Shown here in pieces: positions 19,033-30,004 of a stretch of DNA of 64,000 nucleotides. The notes under the pieces were generated by a model. That model searched no databases, was not told where the DNA came from, and worked only from the letters and a program-made list of their open reading frames with translations. The stretch is from contig CAZTEM010000001.1 of NCBI GenBank assembly GCA_964612755.1, positions 6,232 through 70,231 on the forward strand. Reading direction: 5' to 3'. Made by a program: the position numbers and the translations under genes. Position 1 is the first letter of the stretch. Each line of letters begins with the position of its first letter. This DNA is from an uncultured Desulfobacterales bacterium (GTDB taxonomy: Bacteria > Desulfobacterota > Desulfobacteria > Desulfobacterales > Desulfobacteraceae).

Positions 19033-21861
19033 ATGATTATGTATAATAATAGTATCCAGAAAAAATTTTTAAAAAATATGGTTCTCATTGCGATAACGTC
19101 CATATCCCTCTGGAGTTTTTTATGGATTCAAAATGAATATTCTTATTTTAAAAAGACATCCAGAAAATTATGCCACGAATATATTAAGTCTCAAAAGCTA
19201 CTCATCAAATCAGCTGTATATGATCGTGTAAAATTAATACAGCATAGAAGGTCACAGGAAGAAGAAGTATTAAAATCACAGCTCAAAAACAGAATTGATA
19301 CTGCTTATAATATAGCTTTCAATATCTACCAGAATAATATTGGCAAACCCAGGGAACAAATAGGGAGAATAATTAAAAAAACTCTGCGTTCCATCAGATT
19401 TGATAATGGAAAAGGCTGTTATTTTGCAGGATCAATGGACGGCATTGCAATCTTATATCCAACACACCCTGAATTAGAAGGGACTAACATGATTAACCTG
19501 AAAGATTCATACGGTAATTTCGTTATTCAGGACAAAATCAAAATCATTAAAGAATCCAGCCAGGGTTTTGTCACACATTATTGGCCCAAGCCTGGAGGTA
19601 ACCCTGAAAAGCCCTCCCCTAAAATCTCCTTTATCAAATATTTCAAACCCCTTAAATGGTACCTTGCTACTGATACATATCTTGACAAAGCTAAGAATCA
19701 AATTCAGAGAAAACTAGTTGAACGCCTTGCTGAACATAGATTCGGAATCAACGGATATTTCTTTGGAACCACTTATAATGGAGATCCACTCTTCTACAAT
19801 GGCAAGGTCACTTTAGGTCAAGGTAATATCTGGGAGCTAACAGACCCTGACGGAATTAAAATTATTCAAGAGCAGAGAAAAGCTGTAAACAACAAAGGAG
19901 GAGGCTTTGTTAAATATTCCTGGCCCAAACTCAACTCATCAACTCCATTACCCAAGATATCTTTTATTTTAGGTGTACCTGAATGGGATTGGATGATTGG
20001 TGCAGGTTTTTACACAGACGATATTGATAAAATAATTGCTGCAAAAAGAACTATGATGGAATCCCACTTAAAAAAACAAATAATCAGGAGTGTTCTAACC
20101 CTTGCATTATTAATATTATTGATATTGTTATGGTCAAAGAATATAACAAAACAAATTCAAAATGAAGTTGATGTATTCTCATCTTGTTTAAAAAAAGCAA
20201 ATACTGATTCTATTATAATTAATATTGATCAAATAAAGCTGGAAGAATTTAAAAAAATAGCATTTTTAACTAATGAAATGCTTAAATATATGATTCGTGC
20301 TGAAGAAGCAATGCAGGAAAGTGAAGAAAAATTTCGCAGAATGTATGAATCCACTCAGATCGGAATAGCAATTGTATCCCTGGATTTTAAAATTTTACAG
20401 GCAAATAAAGCATATTGCAATATGTTGGGCTATTCAGAAAATGAGCTTACAGGTAAAACAATTCAAGATATCACCTGCAAAGACGATCTGCCTGAAAACA
20501 TTGACCAGCAGAAACAACTTGGCCAGGGGAAAATTGCTACGTTCCAGATGGAAAAACGCTTTATCCACAAAAACGGGAACACCATCCATGGCATATTAAG
20601 CGCAAGCCTTATTAAAAATCAAAATAATAAGCCTCTTTATTTCCTTGGAAGTGTGGTGGATATCACCGATAAAATCAAAGCTGAAACAACAAAAAATGAT
20701 CTTGAAAACAAACTGCAACATGCACAGAAAATGGAGGCAATAGGATCCCTTGCAGGGGGTATAGCCCATGATTTTAATAATATACTATTTTCAATTATAG
20801 GATTTACCGAATTAACACTGGAAAATCTTTCAGAACAGAGCATGGAAAAAAACAACCTTAATCAGGTCCTCATAGCTGCAAACCGTGCAAAAGAGATGGT
20901 GCAGCATATTCTTGCTTTCAGCCGAAAAACAGATTCTGTAAAACAGGCGGTAAAAATCCAATCGATTTTAAAAGAGGTATTAAAATTATTAAAGTCTTCC
21001 ATACCATCGACAATTGAAATTAAAAAAAATATTGATGACAAATGCGGATATGTTATTGCAGATCCTGTACAGATTCATCAGGTGATTATGAACCTTGCAA
21101 CCAATGCTTTTCATGCAATGAAGGACAATGGCGGCATAATGGAATTTATCATTAACCAGGAAAATATCACTATTGATGATTTAGCCATGCATCCCAATCT
21201 TGAGCCAGGAAACTATATCGCCATAATTGTAAAAGATACAGGCAAAGGTATTAATGATGAAATTATTGATAAAATTTTCAACCCCTATTTTACAACAAAA
21301 AGAACTGGTGAAGGCACTGGTATGGGACTTTCGGTTGTCCATGGAATAGTCCTGGATCATGGAGGTGATATTCTTGTTAAATCAGAGCCTGGTAAGGGAA
21401 GCACTTTTAAAATAATTCTACCCATTGCTGAAAAAATAAAAGAGATTAAACATGATATTAAACCATCTAAAAACGATATAGAAGGCACTGAAAATATTTT
21501 AATTATCGATGATGAAAAACAAATTGTTGATATGACAAGCCAGTTATTACAACGTCTTGGATATAATGTCACACCATACACAGACAGCGTAAAAGCCTTG
21601 GAAACTTTTAAAAAAGACCCTGATCAATTTGATGTAATTATTACAGATGTAACCATGCCAAAACTGACAGGCATTGAACTTGCGGCAGAGCTCTTCAAAA
21701 TCAAGCCGGATGTAAAAATTATTCTTTGTTCAGGGTATAGTGATTTAATCGATAAAGAAACTGCTTTAGCAACGGGTATCAAAATATATATGACAAAACC
21801 TGTAACTCAAAAAGACATTGCAAAAAATATCAGAAAAATTCTACAACAGGAGCAAGAATAA
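19033..21861 (+). CDS. hybrid sensor histidine kinase with tandem Cache-type periplasmic domains, PAS, HisKA, HATPase and REC
   Basis: Two repeats of the GYFF...HYWPKP / YSWPK Cache pattern between TM segments. H-box GGIAHDFNNIL and a C-terminal receiver. Confidence 0.9.
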   Translation: MIMYNNSIQKKFLKNMVLIAITSISLWSFLWIQNEYSYFKKTSRKLCHEYIKSQKLLIKSAVYDRVKLIQHRRSQEEEVLKSQLKNRIDTAYNIAFNIYQNNIGKPREQIGRIIKKTLRSIRFDNGKGCYFAGSMDGIAILYPTHPELEGTNMINLKDSYGNFVIQDKIKIIKESSQGFVTHYWPKPGGNPEKPSPKISFIKYFKPLKWYLATDTYLDKAKNQIQRKLVERLAEHRFGINGYFFGTTYNGDPLFYNGKVTLGQGNIWELTDPDGIKIIQEQRKAVNNKGGGFVKYSWPKLNSSTPLPKISFILGVPEWDWMIGAGFYTDDIDKIIAAKRTMMESHLKKQIIRSVLTLALLILLILLWSKNITKQIQNEVDVFSSCLKKANTDSIIINIDQIKLEEFKKIAFLTNEMLKYMIRAEEAMQESEEKFRRMYESTQIGIAIVSLDFKILQANKAYCNMLGYSENELTGKTIQDITCKDDLPENIDQQKQLGQGKIATFQMEKRFIHKNGNTIHGILSASLIKNQNNKPLYFLGSVVDITDKIKAETTKNDLENKLQHAQKMEAIGSLAGGIAHDFNNILFSIIGFTELTLENLSEQSMEKNNLNQVLIAANRAKEMVQHILAFSRKTDSVKQAVKIQSILKEVLKLLKSSIPSTIEIKKNIDDKCGYVIADPVQIHQVIMNLATNAFHAMKDNGGIMEFIINQENITIDDLAMHPNLEPGNYIAIIVKDTGKGINDEIIDKIFNPYFTTKRTGEGTGMGLSVVHGIVLDHGGDILVKSEPGKGSTFKIILPIAEKIKEIKHDIKPSKNDIEGTENILIIDDEKQIVDMTSQLLQRLGYNVTPYTDSVKALETFKKDPDQFDVIITDVTMPKLTGIELAAELFKIKPDVKIILCSGYSDLIDKETALATGIKIYMTKPVTQKDIAKNIRKILQQEQE

Positions 21862-21863
21862 GG

Positions 21864-22241
21864 ATGACACATATTTTAATTATAGATGATGATGAACAAA
21901 TTTTGACCATGCTTTCCCAGGTACTTGCAAAGGAAGGCTATGAAATCACTACTGCAATAGATGGAAGGCAGGGAATAGAACTTTATAAAGAAATCCGTGC
22001 TGATCTGGTTATCACCGATATAGTTATGCCGGATATGGAAGGTTTAGAAGCAATACGAAAACTTCGCAAAGAAAATAATGATATTAAAATCATTGCTCTC
22101 TCCGGGGGCGGATTTGTTGATCCTGACGAATATTTAAAAATTGCAAAACAATTTGGAGCAAAATATGCCTTTGCAAAACCTGTTGACCTTAAAAAATTAA
22201 AAACAACAATAAAAGAATTACTTAAGTCAGATCATAATTAA
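21864..22241 (+). CDS. single-domain response regulator (CheY-like)
   Basis: ILIIDDDE ... DIVMPDMEG ... receiver fold only, 125 aa. Confidence 0.9.
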   Translation: MTHILIIDDDEQILTMLSQVLAKEGYEITTAIDGRQGIELYKEIRADLVITDIVMPDMEGLEAIRKLRKENNDIKIIALSGGGFVDPDEYLKIAKQFGAKYAFAKPVDLKKLKTTIKELLKSDHN

Positions 22242-23464
22242 ACAGACTCTTTTGTCATAAGGCTAAATAAAAATATAATAAAACCAACCATGCCTAAGCA
22301 GGCACCAACAATAAATGCCGGTTGTGAACCAAATCCAGTCCAGATTGCCCCCATAAGAACCGAGGCTGGGAAAAGTGAAATACCAATTATAGTATTTAAT
22401 ATACCATAGGCTGTTGCCCTGTTTTCTTCTTCGACTATATCTGCCACATAGGCTCTGAAAATTCCATTAGATAATCCATAAAAAATACCATAGGCTGCAA
22501 AAAGAGCCCAGATCATCCATGGTTCATCGGCAAAAGCAAAAAGAATATATATGATTGAATAATAAATAAAAGAAATTATAATAATGGGTTTTCTACCAAT
22601 TTTATCTGAAATAGAACCGAAAATTGGTGAGGATATGGAACAGATAATATTGTATACCATCCATAAAACAGGGATGAGGAATATGGCAATACCAACTTCT
22701 TGCGCCTTGACAATGAGAAAAGCATTGGATGAATTGCCCAGTGTAAAAAAAGCATTGGCAAGAAGGAAAAGAATAAAAGGTTTACCAAGCATAGCTGTTT
22801 TCTTTTGTTTATCCAGAGTCTTTGGAATAATACTTGTTTCTTTTGTAAATTTAATAAAAACAAGAGCTATCAACCCTGGTATAACAGAAATAAGAAACAT
22901 GGTTTTTAAAGCAGATAATTCAGGCATGGTATCTTTTAAAAGATAAAGTATAAGCATGGCTAACAAAGGACCGCCAATAGCTCCTATTCTATCCATTGCT
23001 CTATGAAAGCCAAAAGCCTTGCCTTGAATGGATTGATCTATGGATGTAGATATTAACGCATCCCTTGAGGGTGTTCTTATTGCCTTACCTATTCTATCGG
23101 AAAACCGGATTGTAAGTACAATTGTCCAATGACTGGCAAAATAGAAAAAAGGTCTTGATATAGCTGAAAGACCATACCCCCATATAATAAAAATTTTTCT
23201 CTTTTTAAGCTTGTCTGATAAACGTCCAAAAAAGGCTCTAAACAGCGATGCTGTGGATTCTGCAACCCCTTCTATTAATCCCAGAGTAGCAGGAGAAGCT
23301 CCTATAAGGGTAAGAAAAACAGGAATAAGAGGATAAACCATTTGACTTGATAAATCTGTAAAAAGAGATACCATACCCAGAGAAAGAACATTCTTACCAA
23401 GCTTAGGTCGTGTTTGTTCAGAGTCCAATATTTTTTTTGACGGTTCTTTATTTAATTTTGACAT
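22238..23464 (-). CDS. MFS transporter
   Basis: About 12 predicted TM segments. GRLSDKLKKRK-type loop motif between TM2 and TM3. Confidence 0.8.
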   Translation of the reverse strand: MSKLNKEPSKKILDSEQTRPKLGKNVLSLGMVSLFTDLSSQMVYPLIPVFLTLIGASPATLGLIEGVAESTASLFRAFFGRLSDKLKKRKIFIIWGYGLSAISRPFFYFASHWTIVLTIRFSDRIGKAIRTPSRDALISTSIDQSIQGKAFGFHRAMDRIGAIGGPLLAMLILYLLKDTMPELSALKTMFLISVIPGLIALVFIKFTKETSIIPKTLDKQKKTAMLGKPFILFLLANAFFTLGNSSNAFLIVKAQEVGIAIFLIPVLWMVYNIICSISSPIFGSISDKIGRKPIIIISFIYYSIIYILFAFADEPWMIWALFAAYGIFYGLSNGIFRAYVADIVEEENRATAYGILNTIIGISLFPASVLMGAIWTGFGSQPAFIVGACLGMVGFIIFLFSLMTKESV

Positions 23465-23628
23465 AATTTCTTCCTATATTATCAATGATCGATATCGATT
23501 ATCGATATAATATAAATAATATTTTTTGTCAAGAAGACTTTGCATTTTTGTTAGCACCATGATAAATATTCTAGTTTCTTTGTGTTACAATTGTATAATA
23601 AATTTAAAATAAACAGCTTAGGGAATAC

Positions 23629-25239
23629 ATGGAAGCAGCAATATCAAATATAGATTCTGAACTTGCCAATAATATTAAAATCAGACGAACCTTTGCCATA
23701 ATCAGTCACCCCGATGCCGGCAAAACCACCCTTACGGAAAAACTTCTTTTATTTGGTGGAGTTATACAACAGGCAGGTGCTGTCAAATCAAGAAAAACAA
23801 CTAAAAAAGCAACCAGTGATTTTTTATCTATTGAACAAAAAAGAGGCATAAGTGTTTCCTCTTCTGTAATGAAATTTCATTATAAGGATTATGAGATAAA
23901 CCTGCTTGACACTCCTGGTCACCAGGACTTTTCAGAAGATACTTACCGAGTTTTAACTGCTGTTGACTGTGCAATAATGATAATAGATAATGCCAAAGGA
24001 GTTGAGCCCCAGACTCAAAAACTCATGGAGATCTGCAGAATGAGAAATACTCCCATTATTACTTTTATTAATAAACTTGACAGAGAAGGTTTAGAACCTC
24101 TTGAAATATTTGCTGATATTGAAGACAAACTCCAGATAGAATGCACACCTTTTACATGGCCAATTGGAATGGGTAAAAATTTTAAAGGCGTTTATAATTT
24201 CAAATCCAGCAAATTAGGTCTTTTTGCCCCGGGATATACCCCAAACAATGACAATGGAATTATTATCAACGACCTTTTGGATAATCGGCTTGACAATACA
24301 ATTGGCGAATCAGGGGCAAATGCATTAAGAGATGATGTGGAATTAATTGAAGGCGCAGCAGACCCTTTTGAACTTGAATTATTCCTTAACGGTACCCAGA
24401 CACCTGTTTTTTTTGGCAGTGCCATTAATAATTTTGGTGTAAGAGAAATGCTTGACTCCTTTGTAAAAATTGCTCCACCACCAGGAAAAAGAAAAGCTGA
24501 ATCAAGAGAGGTTGATCCCCATGAAAAACATTTTTCAGGATTCACCTTTAAAATTCAAGCTAATATGGACCCTGAACACCGTGACAGAATCGCATTTTTC
24601 AGGATATGTTCAGGCAAATTTACCAAGGGCATGAAAGTAAAACACCACAGGATTGGAAAAGAAATCAAAATCGCCAATGCAACAATATTTTTTGCAAGGG
24701 AAAGAAGCAATATAGAAGAAGCCTTCCCAGGTGATATTATTGGCATACATAACCATGGGACAATCAAGATTGGAGATACCTTTACTGAAAAAGAGCCTTT
24801 AAAATTTCTAGGCATCCCAAATTTTGCTCCAGAACGATTCCAAAGGGTTCTTTTAAAAGACCCCATGAAGGCAAAGGCTTTGCAAAAAGGATTGACTCAA
24901 TTATCAGAAGAAGGCACAATCCAGGTATTCAGACCATTGATCAATAATGATTATATTCTTGGAGCTGTCGGAACTTTGCAATTTGATGTTACCGTTGAAA
25001 GGTTAAAAGCTGAATATAATGTAAATGCCGGATATGAACCAGTTGATTTGTCTGTTGCAAGATGGATTACTTGTGAAGATGAAAATATGTTAAAGAAATT
25101 TAAAAACTCTAATGAGTCAAACCTTGCAATGGATTCCGAAGGATGGCTTACTTTTTTAACAACAAGTGAATTCCAGCTTGGATTTACATTGGATGAATGG
25201 CCGGACATAAAATTCCATAAATCAAGAGAACATAATTAA
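23629..25239 (+). CDS. prfC: peptide chain release factor 3
   Basis: [35 protein letters not shown] GTPase motifs. 536 aa. Confidence 0.95.
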   Translation: MEAAISNIDSELANNIKIRRTFAIISHPDAGKTTLTEKLLLFGGVIQQAGAVKSRKTTKKATSDFLSIEQKRGISVSSSVMKFHYKDYEINLLDTPGHQDFSEDTYRVLTAVDCAIMIIDNAKGVEPQTQKLMEICRMRNTPIITFINKLDREGLEPLEIFADIEDKLQIECTPFTWPIGMGKNFKGVYNFKSSKLGLFAPGYTPNNDNGIIINDLLDNRLDNTIGESGANALRDDVELIEGAADPFELELFLNGTQTPVFFGSAINNFGVREMLDSFVKIAPPPGKRKAESREVDPHEKHFSGFTFKIQANMDPEHRDRIAFFRICSGKFTKGMKVKHHRIGKEIKIANATIFFARERSNIEEAFPGDIIGIHNHGTIKIGDTFTEKEPLKFLGIPNFAPERFQRVLLKDPMKAKALQKGLTQLSEEGTIQVFRPLINNDYILGAVGTLQFDVTVERLKAEYNVNAGYEPVDLSVARWITCEDENMLKKFKNSNESNLAMDSEGWLTFLTTSEFQLGFTLDEWPDIKFHKSREHN

Positions 25240-25267
25240 CAAAACCGAGGAAAATAATAGAATAACA

Positions 25268-26383
25268 ATGGAAAACAATAGAATTTTTAATTTTAATGCA
25301 GGACCTGCAGCCTTGCCCCTCCCGGTATTAAAAGAAATACAATCATGTTTTTTAAATTTTAATAATACGGGAATGTCTATCATAGAAACAAGTCATAGAT
25401 CCAAAAGCTTTGATATTGTCATTAATTCTGCAAAAAAAAGCCTGGAAAAATTATTAAAGATCAATTCGTTTCAAAAAAATAAAACAAAAAGCAAATTTCA
25501 TATACTTTTTATCCAGGGTGGTGCAAGCTTTCAATTTCCCATGATTCCCATGAATTTTCTGAGTAAAGATAATAAAGCTGATTATATTAACACCGGAGTA
25601 TGGTCATCAAAAGCCATTGCCCAGGTAAATATCCAGGGTAAAAAATGTAATATCCCTGCATCATCAGAAAACAAAAAATTTTCTTATATCCCTGAAAACA
25701 TTAAATTTTCAGACGACCCTGCATATATTCATTTAACCTCCAATAACACAATTTACGGAACCCAGTTTAAATCATTTCCAGACACCAAAGGTATTCCTCT
25801 TATTGCAGATATGAGTTCAGATATATTAAGCCGCCCCCTGGATATGGAAAAATTTGACCTGATTTATGCAGGTGCCCAGAAAAATCTTGGACTTGCAGGA
25901 GTCTGCCTTGTCATAATAAAAGATACAATGCTGCAAAAATGCAATGATAAGCTTCCAACTATGCTGAAATATTCGACCTATGCTGAAAAAAATTCAATGT
26001 TTAATACTCCGCCCTGCTTTGGAATCTATACCATCAGCCTTGTTTTAAAATGGATTGAAAAAGAAATGGGCACTCTTGAAAAAATGGAACAATATAATAT
26101 CAAAAAAGCAGAGTTATTATATGATTTCATTGACTCAACAAATTTTTATAAAGGGACTGCTGAAAAACAAAGCAGATCTCTTATGAATATTACTTTTAAT
26201 CTGCCAAGCACAGAACTTGAAAAAAAATTCCTGGCCAAGGCTCTTAAAAATGGTCTCGGAGGTCTGAAAGGTCACAGAGATGCAGGAGGGTTACGAGTAT
26301 CAACATATAATGCTTCAACAATCAAAGGGATAAAAGCACTTATTAAATTTATGGACAGGTTTCAAAAGGATAATAATCAATAG
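25268..26383 (+). CDS. serC: 3-phosphoserine aminotransferase
   Basis: FNFNAGPAALP N-terminus and YAGAQKNLG PLP-lysine segment. Confidence 0.9.
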   Translation: MENNRIFNFNAGPAALPLPVLKEIQSCFLNFNNTGMSIIETSHRSKSFDIVINSAKKSLEKLLKINSFQKNKTKSKFHILFIQGGASFQFPMIPMNFLSKDNKADYINTGVWSSKAIAQVNIQGKKCNIPASSENKKFSYIPENIKFSDDPAYIHLTSNNTIYGTQFKSFPDTKGIPLIADMSSDILSRPLDMEKFDLIYAGAQKNLGLAGVCLVIIKDTMLQKCNDKLPTMLKYSTYAEKNSMFNTPPCFGIYTISLVLKWIEKEMGTLEKMEQYNIKKAELLYDFIDSTNFYKGTAEKQSRSLMNITFNLPSTELEKKFLAKALKNGLGGLKGHRDAGGLRVSTYNASTIKGIKALIKFMDRFQKDNNQ

Positions 26384-29300
26384 ATGTCAGAAAATTACAG
26401 AGAAATACCATACAATTATACATCTGCAGAAGATAATCAGGTTATTGAACATCTTTTTGGTCCAAAAATGGTTCAGGTCATTGAAATACTACGCCCCAAA
26501 AGGGCAACAGGACGCTCGGCAAGGTTGCTTAATAGATTTATGGGAGATATGTTCATAATTGAGCGGAATCCTTTTATCTTTCAAAAACTTGCAGACAACC
26601 CCATTGAAAAAATACAATTTTTCCTGGCCTTTGAAAAGGACTTAAATATAATCCAAAGCAATTCCGGTGATAAAGATGTTGACTGGGTGATAAAAGAATG
26701 CAGAATTTATCTTAAAAAACTACGAAAAAGAATCAAGGCAACATCATCTTTTCAAAAGCTTATCAATAAAGAACTTGGACCAATTATTGAAAAAAACAAC
26801 ATATATTTTGATCCCTTTAATATTACTTCCCATATTACAGATGCAACAGATTGGAGACTCTTTACTCCTGCTGCTATTGTAAGGCCATATAAGGAAAAAC
26901 AGGTTTCACCACTTATTGCAGCCATTTCAAAACTTGGGCTCAAGCTTATACCAAGGGGTGGGGGGACAGGTCTTACAGGTGGTGCAATCCCCATGTCCCG
27001 GCATTGTATAATGGTTAATACTGAAAAACTCAATAAGATCCGGGGTATTTCCTATAAAACATGTGAAAATTCAAAAAAGCAATTTGCTGTAATTGAAGTT
27101 GAGGCAGGGGTTATAACCGAAGATGCCATTAAATATGCTAAAGCAAAAAACCTTGTTTTTGCAACAGACCCCACAAGTGCATGGGCATCAACCATTGGTG
27201 GAAATATTGCTGAAAATGCAGGAGGCAAGACTGCGGTTCTCTGGGGTACAGCAATAGACAATATATATTCCTATAGAATAACAATGCCTGACAGCAGTGT
27301 ATTGAACATCAAAAGGAAAAACCATCCTCTAAGAAAAATATTAGCGGATGACATGGTTTGTTTTACAATAACAGACAAATCAGACAAGTTTATAAAAGAA
27401 ATAAATATACCTGGCAATGAGATTAGGAAAAACGGTCTTGGGAAAGATGTAACCAATAAATGGCTGAAAGGGCTTCCCGGAATACAAAAAGAAGGCTGTG
27501 ACGGGATTATAACCTCAGCAAGATTTATTCTGCATCCTGAATATAATTTAAAGAAAACCTTTTGTATTGAATTTTTCGGCAATGATATGGCAGAAGCAGG
27601 AAAAGTTATAACTGAAATATCCTATGCCTTTAAAACAGAAAAAAAAGAACCCGCTTTAATTGCATTGGAACATTTTGATGAAGAATATATCAAAGCAATA
27701 AACTATAAAGCAAAAGGAGCCGGCACAGGGAACCTCAAGGCTGTACTATTGGTGGATATGGTCGCCGATCATATTGAGGCGCTTGACCAGGGCACACAAA
27801 AACTTGAATATATTCTTGTACCCTACGAAAAGACACAGATTACAACGGCAAAAGATAAAAAGGAAGCTCAAAGATTCTGGAGTGACAGGAAACGTCTTGG
27901 GGCAATAGCAGCGCACACAAATGCTTTTAAATTAAATGAGGATATTGTTATCCCCATTGATGCCCTTGCTGATTTTTCCAATTATATTGACAAATATAAT
28001 CTTGAAGAAAAAAGATATAATTTAAAAAATATTATTCAAAATATAGCTGCATATTTAGAAGCTGCTGTACCCAAGGAAGATATTGCATGGTTTGACGCCA
28101 AAGTCACATTATCCATTGACATAGCAGCAAAAGAACTCAATAAAATTGAAGCTGCAAAAAGAGCCACCATAGAGGATGAGACCCATACGAATTCATTCCT
28201 AAAAGAATTACTGAAAATAATGCGCGGGTATAATCTCATTACCCGGAATATTAAAAGAATATATGATGAGACCAAGGCAAGACTAATTATCATTGCAACC
28301 CATATGCACGCAGGAGATGGTAACATCCATGTAAACATTCCTCTTATGTCCAATGATAGACAAATGATGCAAAGAGCATCTCTTACTGCAGACAATATCA
28401 TGAAAAAAGCTCTGGAATTCGGAGGTTCTGTCTCAGGAGAGCATGGAATCGGTATTACTAAAATACAGCATCTTTCAGAACAGAGATTAAAAGAATTATC
28501 AGATTATAGGAATGAAGTTGACCCAACAGGAATGATGAATCCAAATAAGCTTAAAAAGACATCACTTCTTAATACAGTATACACCCCATCATTCAATATC
28601 CTGGAATTTGAAGCTAATATCTTAAAATATGGTGAGTTGGAATCCCTTGCAACAAGGATTGAAAATTGTGTAAAATGTGGTAGATGCAAAACTGTCTGCC
28701 CTACTTTTTATCCCAAGAAAAACCTTTTTTTCCATCCCAGAAATAAAAACATGGGCATTACTTACTTAATTGAAGCTTTATTGTATATTACCCAGAGAAG
28801 GCATTCCACAAAGCTTCATATTCTAAAATATCTTGATGAAATTGCAGACCATTGTACAACCTGTCACAAATGTTTATCAAATTGCCCGGTTAATATTGAT
28901 TTTGCTGAAATCACCATAGCAGCAAGAGAGATTCTAAAAGAAAACCATTTTAAGAGGACTCCTTTATTAACAGATCTATCACTTTATTATCTGTCTTCCA
29001 CCAATAGATTATTAAATTCGATCTTAAGATTTACTCTTATTAATATTGGCAGTAAAATCCAGAGGATTGGATCTAAACTGATCTCTTTTGTGCCTGATAT
29101 CAAATCTTTTAAAAAAAAGAGACCTTTTTTATTGCTGAATGCTCCTGGACCTAAGATGCCTTTAACAACCCTATACTCAATATTAAGAGAATGCGAAGGC
29201 GACCAGGCAATCCTTCTTGAACCTGAAAAAGATGCAGAGCATACTGTTTTTTATTTTCCAGGGTGTGGAAGTGAAAGATTATTCTCTGATATTGGAAAAG

Positions 29301-29989
29301 CATCGATTTACCTTCTTTTAAAAAATTCAGTAAGAGTTATTTTGCCGCCTCCGTTTCTATGCTGCGGATTTCCTGCCAAAACCAACGCAAAAAAAGATCA
29401 ATTTAATCGTATTACTTTAAGCGATACAATAATCTTTTCCCAAATTAAAAGGATGTTTAATGATCTTGATTTTGATGCGTGTGTGATAAGCTGTGGAACC
29501 TGTAAAGAATCCCTTGAAGAACTTGGTCTTGGTTCAATTTTTAATTGTGGAATCCAAGATATAAATGAATTTATACTTAAAATAAATGACAAAATTTCAA
29601 TCAAAGATGATTGTTTTTACCACGCGCCCTGCCATGATTCACTTTCCGGCAAAGGTGTTGATATTTTAACAAAAAATAATAATGTCAAAGTACAATCAAT
29701 TCCGTACTGCTGTTCTGAAGCCGGCACCATGGCTATTTCAAGACCAGACATATCAGCTGCCATGCTGGAAAGAAAATCAAAAGTAATTAAATCTTTTGTA
29801 AAAGATATAAAAGCTGAAAACAAACTTTTAACCAACTGTCCTTCCTGTATCCAGGGACTCAGCAGAAATAAGGCATTTGGCATAACCCCCGTACACATTG
29901 CAGTTGAACTGGCAAGACAAACAGGGGGGATAAATTTTGAAATTGAGCTTTTAGATCTTATAAAAACCGCTCGAATCATTCAATTTTAA
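26384..29989 (+). CDS. DUF3683-FAD-linked oxidase / 4Fe-4S / CCG-domain fusion oxidoreductase (GlcD+GlcF-like, substrate unknown)
   Basis: N-terminal REIPYNYTSAED block (DUF3683-like). PRGGGTGLTGGA FAD_binding_4. CVKCGRCKTVCP and CTTCHKCLSNCP ferredoxin motifs. C-terminal Cys-rich CCG repeats (FLCCGFP, YCCSEAG). Confidence 0.8.
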   Translation: MSENYREIPYNYTSAEDNQVIEHLFGPKMVQVIEILRPKRATGRSARLLNRFMGDMFIIERNPFIFQKLADNPIEKIQFFLAFEKDLNIIQSNSGDKDVDWVIKECRIYLKKLRKRIKATSSFQKLINKELGPIIEKNNIYFDPFNITSHITDATDWRLFTPAAIVRPYKEKQVSPLIAAISKLGLKLIPRGGGTGLTGGAIPMSRHCIMVNTEKLNKIRGISYKTCENSKKQFAVIEVEAGVITEDAIKYAKAKNLVFATDPTSAWASTIGGNIAENAGGKTAVLWGTAIDNIYSYRITMPDSSVLNIKRKNHPLRKILADDMVCFTITDKSDKFIKEINIPGNEIRKNGLGKDVTNKWLKGLPGIQKEGCDGIITSARFILHPEYNLKKTFCIEFFGNDMAEAGKVITEISYAFKTEKKEPALIALEHFDEEYIKAINYKAKGAGTGNLKAVLLVDMVADHIEALDQGTQKLEYILVPYEKTQITTAKDKKEAQRFWSDRKRLGAIAAHTNAFKLNEDIVIPIDALADFSNYIDKYNLEEKRYNLKNIIQNIAAYLEAAVPKEDIAWFDAKVTLSIDIAAKELNKIEAAKRATIEDETHTNSFLKELLKIMRGYNLITRNIKRIYDETKARLIIIATHMHAGDGNIHVNIPLMSNDRQMMQRASLTADNIMKKALEFGGSVSGEHGIGITKIQHLSEQRLKELSDYRNEVDPTGMMNPNKLKKTSLLNTVYTPSFNILEFEANILKYGELESLATRIENCVKCGRCKTVCPTFYPKKNLFFHPRNKNMGITYLIEALLYITQRRHSTKLHILKYLDEIADHCTTCHKCLSNCPVNIDFAEITIAAREILKENHFKRTPLLTDLSLYYLSSTNRLLNSILRFTLINIGSKIQRIGSKLISFVPDIKSFKKKRPFLLLNAPGPKMPLTTLYSILRECEGDQAILLEPEKDAEHTVFYFPGCGSERLFSDIGKASIYLLLKNSVRVILPPPFLCCGFPAKTNAKKDQFNRITLSDTIIFSQIKRMFNDLDFDACVISCGTCKESLEELGLGSIFNCGIQDINEFILKINDKISIKDDCFYHAPCHDSLSGKGVDILTKNNNVKVQSIPYCCSEAGTMAISRPDISAAMLERKSKVIKSFVKDIKAENKLLTNCPSCIQGLSRNKAFGITPVHIAVELARQTGGINFEIELLDLIKTARIIQF

Positions 29990-30004
29990 TTTAAAACACA
30001 GATA

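Noticed and set aside
23488-23509. ATCGATATCGAT / TATCGATA palindromes between the MFS gene and prfC
   Set aside because: These are simple ATCGAT-based repeats in an AT-rich divergent promoter region. They are low complexity, with no partner regulator evident.
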